A DNA stretch of 64,000 nucleotides, from the NCBI RefSeq assembly GCF_006345805.1, contig NC_043009.1, positions 40,238,001 through 40,302,000 on the forward strand. Direction: 5' to 3'. Shown here piece after piece: positions 53,025 through 64,000 of the stretch. A program made the translations under genes and the position numbers. The notes beneath the pieces are model-generated. The model made no database searches, had not been told where the DNA came from, and saw only the letters and a list, made by a program, of their open reading frames with translations. The stretch's first letter is position 1. Each line of letters opens with the position of its first letter. The DNA is from Octopus sinensis (lineage: Eukaryota).

Positions 53025-53457
53025 TGTATGTATGTATGTATGTATTATCTATTTATCTATCTAAACACATATACTTATATATATATATATATATAATGTA
53101 AGAATGTAAATATGTATACATATATACATGTATTCGTACCTATATGATATGTATATGTACGTACATAGATCAATATGTATATATGCATATATACAGTTTA
53201 TATGCATATATTTCTTTTGACCTTTAAAAAGATTTAGTATGTAATTTTATAACAATATTTCACGACCACTTTTTATAACATTATTTAACATGTTTAAATG
53301 TGAACTAAGTATATTAGGAGCAACTGATAAAATATCTTAAAATATTGGTGATATCTATCTATCTATAAATACATTCATACATACATACTTACATACATAC
53401 ATACATACATACACACTCACACACACACACATATACATATACATATATATATATAAC

Positions 53458-53529
<72 letters not shown>

Positions 53530-53740
53530 AACACATGCATATATATATATACACATATGCGCTTATATACAGTTATATACACATTAGGTTTGAAACGTAA
53601 GACTTTCACACTTTCCCTAGTGTCAAGCTAATACATCTGCTTGTTGCTCATACACCTGTCTTTGTCTTTTGTTTTACTGTAAATTTCAACTATATATATA
53701 TATACGTACATACAAACATACATACATATACATATGTATG

Positions 53741-53772
<32 letters not shown>

Positions 53773-54015
53773 TATACATACATATATATATGTATATATA
53801 TCATATATACATATGCACCTATCTATCTATCTACCTATCTGAACTTTGACTCAGAACGTAGAGACGGTGGATATGTCGCAAACCATTTTGCGAGGTGTAT
53901 TAACGATTCTTCCAGGTGGCCGCCTTAATAACACCAAGACAACAACAACAGCCACAACAACAACAACAGTAGCGGCAGCAGTAGCACTAACTGAAATAAC
54001 AACAACAACAACAAA

Positions 54016-54077
<62 letters not shown>

Positions 54078-54104
54078 TTAATAATAATAATAATAATAAT
54101 TTCC

Positions 54105-54290
54105 ACATGGCCTGGAAATTTGTGGGAGGCGACTAGTCGATTGCATCCACTGCAGTGTTTCACTGGTACTTGATTTATCGATCCTGATAAGATGAAAGGC
54201 ATAGTTGTCCTCGACGGAATTGGAATTCAGAACGCAAAGATGGACGAAATGCTGCTAAGCATTTTGCCCAACGTGCTCACGATTTTGTCT
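54105..54290 (-). mobile_element. SINE family A (A2), diverged
   Basis: Central domain and head recognisable. Confidence 0.7.
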
Positions 54291-54295
54291 TAACT

Positions 54296-54387
<92 letters not shown>

Positions 54388-54394
54388 CCTATAT

Positions 54395-54585
54395 TCACAA
54401 GGTCTGAAATATGGGAGAGCAGATTAATCGATTACATTGATCCCAGTGTTCAACTAGTTCTTTTTTTTTATCGACTTCGAAAGGATGAAAGGCAAAGTTA
54501 ACCCCGGTGGATTTTGAACTCAGAACACGAAGACAGGCAAAATTGTGCTAAGCATTTAACCCGGCGTGCTGACGATTCTGCCAAT
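54395..54585 (-). mobile_element. SINE family A (A2), diverged
   Basis: Central domain and head recognisable. Confidence 0.7.
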
Positions 54586-55169
54586 AATATTTTCTTATTA
54601 GCTTCCAGGCCTCGTAAGAAGAAAAGACGAGGGCATTAGGAGTTCAAGGTTAAAAAGACAGAGCGTTTTTTTCAGTGTAAACAAAAGTAAATCAAGACAT
54701 GGTAACAGGAAATGTTTAAACAAAGACAATTTCCCTGTAGGGGAACAACTCCTAGGGCTAGGTTTAGACAACCCGCAAAAGTAGGATAAACCTGACCATT
54801 AAGACAAGCGGCCGCCTTCAGTTGTCCAACTTCAATCTACGGGTGCATGCCCAGAGCAACTCAAACTTTCAAAAGCAAACAATATATTTAGACTATGGAA
54901 ATACAAACGAAAGAAATATATTTTATACGCAAAAACGTAAAAAAAAAAAAATTCTGCAGCTCTAGATCTCTTAACTCTAATCAGTTTCTCATTTATAAAA
55001 TAATTTTAAAATTTTGATTTAGGATTTAAAATAAAAAAGGTAGATTGTGAAACTCTGAAAATACATATATTAAAATCCAAAGTGCGTTTTTGTTTTTAAT
55101 TTCTAATAAAATAGTTGGAGGTTGCATTTGAAAAAGTCACACTTAAATGAATATATGTTTCTTCTCGGG

Positions 55170-55401
55170 GCATGCCAGGGTCATAAGGGCCGGTTTCCCG
55201 GTTTCAGTGGCGTAGAAATTCCCCACGTGGACGGGACGCCGGTCCATCGCAGGCTACTCATTTTTTCCGGTTGAGTGGACTGGAACAAAGTGAAATGAAG
55301 TGTTTTGCTCAAGAACACAACGCATCGCCCGTTCCAAGAATCGAAACCACAACCTTACGATCATGAGTTCAACATCCTAACCACTAAACCACGCGCCTCC
55401 A
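55170..55401 (-). mobile_element. SINE family C
   Basis: Matches 50636-50888. Confidence 0.85.
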
Positions 55402-55740
55402 CAAATGAATATTATACACACTATAAAATATGTTCATTTAAGATCTGGGATCGATTAACTCGACAACTTCCACTCTCGAAAAGAAGATTTCTGTTGTTGA
55501 GCTAGATATCAAGTATTTGGATTATTTCTGATTGGGAAAGGCGGAGAACTGCCAGAATCGCTATCAGATGGAACAGAATGCTTACCGTTAAGAATTTTTA
55601 GCGTTCTGAGTTCAAATGTCACCAAGCTTGATTTTTGCCTTTCATTATTTCGAGGCAAATAAAAATAAGTAGTAGTCAAATTTTGGAATCAATGTAAGAG
55701 ACCAAACCCTTCGCACAAAATTTCCAGGCCTTCTAACTGG

Positions 55741-56121
55741 AAGCACTCTGTCGGTTACGACGATGAGGGTTCCGGTTGATACGAATCAACGGAACAGCCT
55801 GCTCGTGAAATTAACGTGTAAGTGGCTGAGCACTCCACAGACACGTGTACCCTTAACGTAGTTCTCGGGGATATTCAGCGTGACACAGAGAGTGACAAGG
55901 CCGGCCCCTTGAAATACAGGTACAACAGAAACAGGAAGTAAGAGTGAGAGAAAGTTGTGGTGAAAGAGTACAGCAGGGATCACCGCCATCCACTGCCGGA
56001 GCCTCGTGGAGCTTTTAGGTGTTTTCGTTCAATAAACACTCACAACGCCCGGTCTGGGAATCGAAACCGCGATCCTATGACCGCGAGTCCGCTGCCCTAA
56101 CCACTGGGCCATTGCGCCTCC
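55741..56121 (-). mobile_element. SINE D2 (distinct head and body, family D tail) with TSD
   Basis: TSD ccttctaact at 55729-55738 and 56123-56132; tRNA-like head ggaggcgcaatggcccagtggttagg...gtttcgattccc. Confidence 0.88.
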
Positions 56122-56989
56122 ACCTTCTAACTAGTGTATAGAAGAAAGAATTATTTCTGATTGGGAACATTTCGTTGGCTTTACCTCTCTTCACATACGG
56201 GCTTATTGAGATGAATTCAGGCGACTGACTTCACTAAAATTGTATGTACTGCAGTTAGAAATCATTATTAGAATAGATATGATATACGAAACCATTATTA
56301 CAGCCGATATTAAAAGCATTGTGTTTCAGAAAGGATAGAATTCCAGGCTACATATCCTATGATTTTGGACTGAAATTTGAGCTGAATTTTTCTTTCATCC
56401 TGTTGAGGTAAATTAAAATAAATACCAGTTGTTCACAGGTTTCTTTAAAATCTCTTTATCAATCCTGAACTGAAAATCAGACGGTAATATTTAAACCTAT
56501 AGTTGCCTTGATTTATCAAAGATTCAGTATGTCTTAGAGCCATTTCGTAATTCAATTTCCAGTAACTTATCAAAGAATTATTGTATTTCCTATTCATGTG
56601 GATAGGTGGGAAATATATCACCTCTTATATACGTTGCCAGTGTATTATAGTGATTTATACAAATGAAAATAAGTTTCTATTCGCCCTGTGAGTTAACGAA
56701 AGCATTTAGAATGTGATGCCTTGCTAAGCAAATAGAAAATAATGATTTGACTGAAAGCCCGATATTTTATCTATTCATGTATTTTACAACTATAATTTAC
56801 GGGCTTTAAAATTTCTACCATGTTTGATCAAAAGGAAATTTCTCCATTCAGTATAAACAAAACCTGTAGTAACTTGATAATGGCTCTATGATTTAAAGCA
56901 TTAAAACTGCCTTACATATCAGGTGTTCTAACTTGAGATGAAACTTTTGTCCAAATACCTTTTGTAAACCATCGAAGACTGATGAAGCC

Positions 56990-58040
56990 AACGCTGCTAA
57001 ATTTTTGCGTAAACGGTGTCAAGTCCTGCAGGTAACACTGCAGGTAAAAAAGATATATCCAAGGAGGAAATTCCAGAGAGCCGACATTCTGTGAAGGATA
57101 GCTGGATATTGATGATAGTGGCTATTGCGGGACCTTCAGTAGGGATTGGACAGAATATGAATAAAGGAGGAAGAGTCGGATGTTCCAGAGTGAAGGTGAT
57201 AGGAGACCAGCCTGTTCTGAGGAGCAATGGCAATGGATGTTGCGGTAGGGGAGGTCAAATAGAGGAGAAAGAGAAAGTCTTTGAACCAGAAGATGCAGTG
57301 TATTTGTGAGTGACCTCTGTTTTTCAGAAGTGTAGTAGCATTTCTTGAAATGCTGCTCATGTAGTAGCAGCACCGTTCAAGATGTAGGAAAAGTACTGTA
57401 CTGTGGATTTTGGCAAGGGCATAATACATATTTAGTTTTTGCTCAAGGATGAAGTATCTCCAAACTCTGAAGAAGAAGGAAAACATTTTACATTCAGTCT
57501 TTGCAATGTTGGTTATTGAACGCTCAGTGAACGGTAGAGATTTTCAATGAGTGGAGATATAATATTTGAAGCAATATATTCCTGTTTCAGTAATCTTTCT
57601 TGGTACATACAGTAATGTTACTCTTTCTGGAGACAAGGTAAGCATGACTCCTTTGGTGAATACCTCAGAGATCTCTATTCCTGAAGTCAGTGCAAATTTG
57701 ATGTGAGGTGTTAAATTGAATGTGGATGATGCTTAGAGAAATTTTAGTAGGAATAAATGATGTTATCGTCTGCGTAAGAGTTAGTATTTTTTAAAGTCAG
57801 GACGAAAAGTATGGAGGACAAAAACGAACCCTGAAACACACCACAGTTCATAGTGTGACGAAGAAGGAAGCCTCATTAGCATACACTGCGATAGTACCAC
57901 CTGACTGGAAATCACTCATTTCACAGCCGAGAGATTTGTTATTGCTGACATGTGAGTAATTTTAATCACAAATTTGCATGCGATAACTATCAAAAGCTTT
58001 ATTGATATCGAGATTAACAAAGAAATTTTTTCTACCAAAT
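56990..58040 (-). mobile_element. CR1/L2-group LINE RT remnant
   Basis: LDINKAFD (about 58000), GVFQGSFLS (about 57830) and YADD (about 57770) in the correct order; many frameshifts. Confidence 0.8.
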
Positions 58041-60214
58041 CCCTTGAAGGTTAGAACTCACATGTAAGTGGTATAGGTGATAAGATCCCCCAGTATATCA
58101 GATATTACGAAAACTGTAATCGTGGTAAAGAAGAAATTTAAATAGTTGAGAAATATTATTGTGAATATGGTAATCAGGAACAATGGAGTTAATATCCCTA
58201 AGACTAATGCATACGGTTGTGTGTTTCTTTCTGTATTGTACCTCCATCGATCGACATTTGACGATGAATTTGTTCACGTATGTAAAGGAGTGGGGAAATT
58301 TTTCATTTGTAATACTACAACTTGCTCATATCTACATGCCACTCTTTCTACGCCACCGATGTTTATGGAGGGGAAAAGCTGTGATTTGAGCCTCCACATT
58401 TTGGCACCTGTGTATTGTGCTATTTTAATTTCTATGTTGAAAATCGCAACAATAATAAATATGAATATGTCGAGATACTTGGAACATTAACGGTAATAGC
58501 CTCACCTGTCACGGTGAATCTACAAGCGTCAAAAAAAAAAAAACATAGATACTAAAGACAATGGTAATGACAGATGAATGTAGGGAGCATAGCTCTATAG
58601 AAGAATCCCAAGGACCACTCTAATGAAGCTGCTTCACATTAGATCACTCAACCTTGAACCATATCAGTTCAAAAACACGACCTTAATGTCTAAAAATCCG
58701 TGACTATAGGCTGCAAACTTCGGATTCCAAAGCGAACATAGTAGCACACTTGAAACGTCTCAAGAAGCTATGAAAGATTTAACTGTTATAAGTCACATTA
58801 TGAATTAGACATATAACGGTATGTATAAGAAATATCTAGTTTATCTAACGATGTATAAGATGATGTTAATCCTAAATGTGTACAACGACAAAGTCATTAA
58901 TAAATTATGCAAAAAGAAATGAGTTGAACAAGAATCGAAACCCGGTCGCCAACTTAACTTGCTTAATCTACAGCGCTTAATAATTAATACTTTCTTTGCT
59001 GTAAATCAAAGGGTTATGATAATAAGGCAGATTAAAGAATGTTACTTCAGTAAAGGTTACTGATCCATACTTGACTCCAAATTAATGCTGGTAAATATCT
59101 TAATGATATCGTTCTAGAGACAAGCCAAGTCCACATTAAAGGCTAAGTCCACATTAAAGCAATATGAACTCAGAAACGTGAGATAGCTCTCAAGATATGG
59201 TAGCATGGTTTGTCCATCAAGCTTAACGTCTGTGCCAACTTGCCTGCTTTAATATCATAGCAGTAATGACCTTTGTAGTTTCATAGTATCAAAAGGTCAA
59301 TTGTAGGCGTCAAGAAATATTAAATCATTTCGGGGTGAACTTCCATATAGTATTAAGGAAACTTTCCTTCAACATCTTCAGTTCCGCATCAGTAATGATC
59401 ACTCACTAGTTCAACGATGTGGAAACAAGCTATAAACCGGGATTGAACCTGACTTCTCGGTTTAGTTGTTCACTGTAATGTTGCCAACTCGACAGTGACA
59501 TTTATTTCGTAATAGCTATTGATTTATAACGTAAGAATCGTTCTTGTTACAAAATTGATTTTTCTGCTGGTTGTCAAGTCTTAAGCTCTTTCCATACATT
59601 CATTTGAGAAATCAATAATCGTTGCTGAAAGCTGGGATCATTGAAAGCAAATATCTTAGTCGACAATTCTTCAATTATCTACATCCGAAGGGTACTCTCG
59701 ACACTGCGCTTTCAAGAACATTATTAATAGTTTAGGATATATACATTATCTGTGCCCATCTGTCTGTCTGTCTTTCTCAAATGCAAGTGCCCGCTTCCTA
59801 ATGCAAAAGTTATTGAGTGGTCAGTGCCTTTAGCTGTCAGATTCAAAAGTACACTGTTAAGTTCCAACGTTTATTTGGCTCTCTCAAGAGTATCTTTTGA
59901 AGAGAAGTGAGAGGAAAGTATCTTTCTCCGATTAACTTCTTATGCTTTGTGAAAGAGAGGATGAACATTCGTCCATATTTCGTCAGTGTTTCATCAGCTT
60001 ATTTTAGTTTCTGTATACTTGAAAAACAGATAAAGGGAGATAAAGAGATTCAAAGATAGATACAATGATAAATTGATAGATAGTTAGATAGATAGATAGA
60101 CAGATAGAGAAAGAGATAGAAAGATAGAGAGAGAGAAAGAGAGATACTTAAGTAGAGAGATAAATAATTAGGTACGTAGAGAACAAGCTATATTGTTAGC
60201 TAGCTAGCCAGTTA

Positions 60215-60216
60215 AT

Positions 60217-60299
<83 letters not shown>

Positions 60300-60325
60300 A
60301 TAGATAGAGAGAGAGAGAGAGACAG
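60215..60325. repeat. (GATA)n/(GA)n microsatellite
   Basis: Directly visible. Confidence 0.95.
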
Positions 60326-60549
60326 TGAGAGGAGGAGGAGTGGGGAGGACCGAGAGAAATTTTAAAGTAGACGTTCAATAATTGCTTGCTACGTTTACTA
60401 AAACCAGGCGAGAAAAATATTTCCTAGCATTGCGTATAGTAACAGTTGTTAAGTATACAACTGTCAGTCAGTCTCTACTTCTTAAGTTCTTAACCATCAC
60501 ACACATACGTCCATACATATGAGCATAGATAAATACATATGTATATATG

Positions 60550-60599
<50 letters not shown>

Positions 60600-61046
60600 T
60601 ATGTACGTGTGTGTGTGTGTGAGCGCATGTATGTGTGTATATATGCATGCGCACATGCATAAGTGCGACCATATGCATATGTTTGGATGCGTGGCTCAGT
60701 GTGTGTCGGTGTAAGTAACCAGCAGGTCTAAAGACGGAAAACACACCCCCACCAAAATTCTTGACCACGCCGTCACCCTTGACTGCCATAACTGCCCATC
60801 AAAGTTCTCCACATGCCTTAGGGCCGTTCAGTCTAATGCCATAAACACCATCCCCATTTACATTAGTTTCTGTGTATTATTTTTTATTTTGTTATCAACC
60901 ACTATCTGACTACAACTTTTTCCTCATTTCGCCATAATGTGCGTGGACTACTAGCACCACATCAGCATATAACTGGGAGCGAAAATGAAATGTAAATCTT
61001 ACAACTTTTGAAGTATTATTTGATGTCGTTACATCGTGTCACACAA

Positions 61047-61097
<51 letters not shown>

Positions 61098-61115
61098 TAC
61101 ACACGCACATTTATA

Positions 61116-62422
61116 CAGGGTGAGGTAGAGAGGACGGACGGTTTTGAATTGGCTATTACTCAACCCCAGAGGGAAGGACATATGTCTGACAGGTACCATT
61201 CGGTCCGTGGTGTCTTAGCATTTAAAAAAAATTTTTCTGGTGAAACCATGGCGCTGTCGACGATAGAGCATCGCGGGTTGGCCGACGATAGTTACGTGAA
61301 GATTAACGAGACTGTGTCACAGCGTGGGTTTCGGCGCCTTTTCAACACCCGTAACACAATCTTGCGTTGGGTGAATGCATATCGTACACGAGGTACACTA
61401 ATGAATAAGAGACCGCTGGGGGCGTCACGAATAGAACGGATCCCGCAAAATGTGGAACGCGTCAGACAAGCTTTGATACGGTGTTTGAATCGCTCTGCTC
61501 GGAGGCTTTCCACTGAAATTGGTATCGGTAATCGATCGGTAAGGCGTATTTTGCATGAAGACCTGCTTCTACCCGTACAAATTGGTCATTGGGTAACAGT
61601 TGAAACCATGGGACTATGCACAGCGACTTCCCTTCGCAGGTCAGATGGAAGCAATTTTTGAGGCAAATGGAAACTTTTGTTAATGATTGATGAAGCTCAT
61701 ATTTGTCTCAATGGCATGGTGAATCAACAGAACTGTCGTTATTGGGCTCTTGAAAATCCGAGAGAACTGCACGAAAGACCACTGTTCAGCCGAAAAGTGA
61801 CATCTAGTGTGCCGTTGGAAAAGCTGCCATCATTGGTCCTTACTATTTTTGAAGACAATACTGGAAATGCTGTTACTGTGAACTCCGAGCCTCACCTCGA
61901 GATGATATACAACTTCTTTATGCCTGAAGTACGACGAAAAGTTATGCCTATTCGACGTGTTTGGTTTCAGAAGGACGTGGCGACGGCCCACACAGTCAGA
62001 GCATCAATGGACGTTCTTCGCCCTCTCCTCGGTGGCGGCCTCATTTCCAGATTTGCAGACTTGCCTTGGCCCACTCAGACCCCTGATTTGTCCATGTGTG
62101 AATATTTCTTGCGGGGAAGCCTCAAGGCACGTGTGTATGTGCATGAGCCCCGTACACTAGACGATTTGAAGGAAGCTGTTCGAGTGGAAGCCACCCAGAT
62201 CGACAGAGCAATCCTGGAGAGATTGGAAACCAATTTCCGAGAGCGGCTTCAGAAATGAAATCAATGAAAACAGACACCACATGATGGATGTTGTTTTCCA
62301 CACTTCATTTTGACAAATGCTAATTCAATACAAATACATTGATGTCAACAAAATTTGTTTGAAGCTAAAATTAATGATTTTGTGAATTTTTCAAGAACGT
62401 CCGTCCTCTCTGCACCACCCAG
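61116..62422 (+). mobile_element. Tc1/mariner transposon of DD41D (rosa/Visitor) type, decayed
   Basis: About 33-bp imperfect TIRs (cagggtgaggtagagaggacggacg), TA flanks, DEAH...NQQNCRYW, WFQKDVATAH, 41 residues to the final acidic residue (E in this copy). Confidence 0.9.
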
Positions 62423-62424
62423 TA

Positions 62425-62509
<85 letters not shown>

Positions 62510-62591
62510 TGTGTGTGTGTATGCGTATGTCTATATTTATATATATATATATATTTGTGTATGTTTATGCGTGTGTGTGTGTGTGTATATA

Positions 62592-62627
<36 letters not shown>

Positions 62628-62651
62628 TGTATGTATGTATGTATGTATGTA

Positions 62652-63020
62652 TAGGTGCAGGTGTGGCTGTGTGGTAAGATTCTTGCTTCTCAACCACATG
62701 GCTCCGAGTTCAGTTCCACTGCGTGGCACCTTTTATAAATGTCTTTTATTATAGCCCCGGGCCGACCAAAGGCTTGTAAGTAGATTTGGTAGACCGAAAC
62801 TGAAGGAAGCCCATCCTAACTATATATATGTATATGTACATGTATGTGTGTGTGTCTATGCCTGTGTTATCACCCCACCATCGCTTGACACACGATACTG
62901 CTGCATTTTCGAAATGGGTGGCTGATAGAATAAGTACTAAGCTTAAAAAGAATAAGTCCTTGGGTCGATTTCTTTGACTAAAACCCTTTAAGATGGTGCT
63001 TCAGCATGGCTGCAGTCAAA
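62652..63020 (+). mobile_element. SINE family B
   Basis: Head, internal microsatellite, tail. Confidence 0.8.
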
Positions 63021-63024
63021 ATGA

Positions 63025-63104
<80 letters not shown>

Positions 63105-63629
63105 AATGCTCATTTTGCAATCATGAGACTTCGGTTCCAAATACTTGGCAAGTGCTCTCCAAAATACCTTCGGGGTGTGAGTTAATTGGAGTGGAAGGAA
63201 ACTATACGGAAGCTCGTCGGATGAATTTTATGGGTTGCCTTAAGCCGTTCCTGATATTGCTTGCATGAAGTATTGCTCTTGGAAATGTTATTTAAATGAT
63301 TTTATTGAAATGAAGATCGATCTGTCTTTAGGATGACATACCTTTAAGGTAATATGTATCGAAAGTTATGCGTGCTTAGAAGGAAGTAGAAGGATCTGGC
63401 GGCTATTTAGTTTAACGTGTTGTTAAAGTTGAAGCCGTTGTTGTTGTTGATATGATTCCGCCCCTGGTCAGCTTATAGTGAGCAGACGTATGATCTGAGA
63501 TATTATAACCATGACCATCCAACTGTATTTCTAGTTAAAATATTATGCTTTTAGTGTTACAATCCAATAGTCTGATGTATGTTGAATGTTACTTGTTTTT
63601 AGTTCGACTAGTGCTGTGTCTCGCAGACA

Positions 63630-63845
63630 TCTTTTACCTATGGATCCCTTTGGTTGTTATTTTCCTCAGATGGACCCACCTAGCCATTCGATTTTTAAAA
63701 AGTCCTATTATATTCTTATAATTAGATATTATCAGGAATTGAATTAAAAAAAATTAAAATATTTATGTATTGCAGAAGTATAACCGATTTATTGCCAATA
63801 AATTTTAATAACAAAATCTTATACGGACACCAGTTGAGAACCATT
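63630..63845 (+). mobile_element. hAT-like MITE, uninterrupted relative of 5014-6144
   Basis: Shared internal tttaaaaagtc..tataatta..ataacc.atttattgc..tacggac and right end gttgagaacca. Confidence 0.55.
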
Positions 63846-64000
63846 TTAGTAGGTCGAATGTAGGTCACACTGAGGATGCATATTTAAAGTGACGTATTTT
63901 GTTGTAATATGACCAGCCATTAGTTATGCTCAAAGTTACGCGCTTGCAGTACGATTAGTCTTTAATGTAACGTATGTCGTTACCAACCCGGCTGAAACCG

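Noticed and set aside
59975-60005. Minus-strand CTGATGA...GAAA
   Set aside because: No stem II or stem I pairing; likely chance.

Overview
AT-rich, microsatellite-saturated eukaryotic DNA made almost entirely of repeats. The SINE families and simple-repeat load suggest an octopod cephalopod (inference; no database check). I cannot support any host protein-coding gene, and nearly all ORFs in the track are translated microsatellites. Recognisable content: dozens of tRNA-headed SINEs (my labels A-D), four decayed Tc1/mariner lineages (a mariner fragment plus DD36E, DD37D and DD41D-type copies), a non-autonomous Helitron nested in a hAT-like MITE, RTE-, CR1-group and R4/Dong-like LINE remnants, and a Penelope-like GIY-YIG fragment. 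The most interesting signal is about a dozen type I hammerhead-ribozyme-like motifs with palindromic stem III. They lie in several unrelated short repeats, including the Penelope-like 3' end, and show recurrent non-canonical cores (C at position 4, U at position 6). The same repeats are often associated with local fold-back or inverted duplications. This may be a Penelope-mobilised, ribozyme-bearing non-autonomous element system. All ribozyme calls are by-eye folds and untested.
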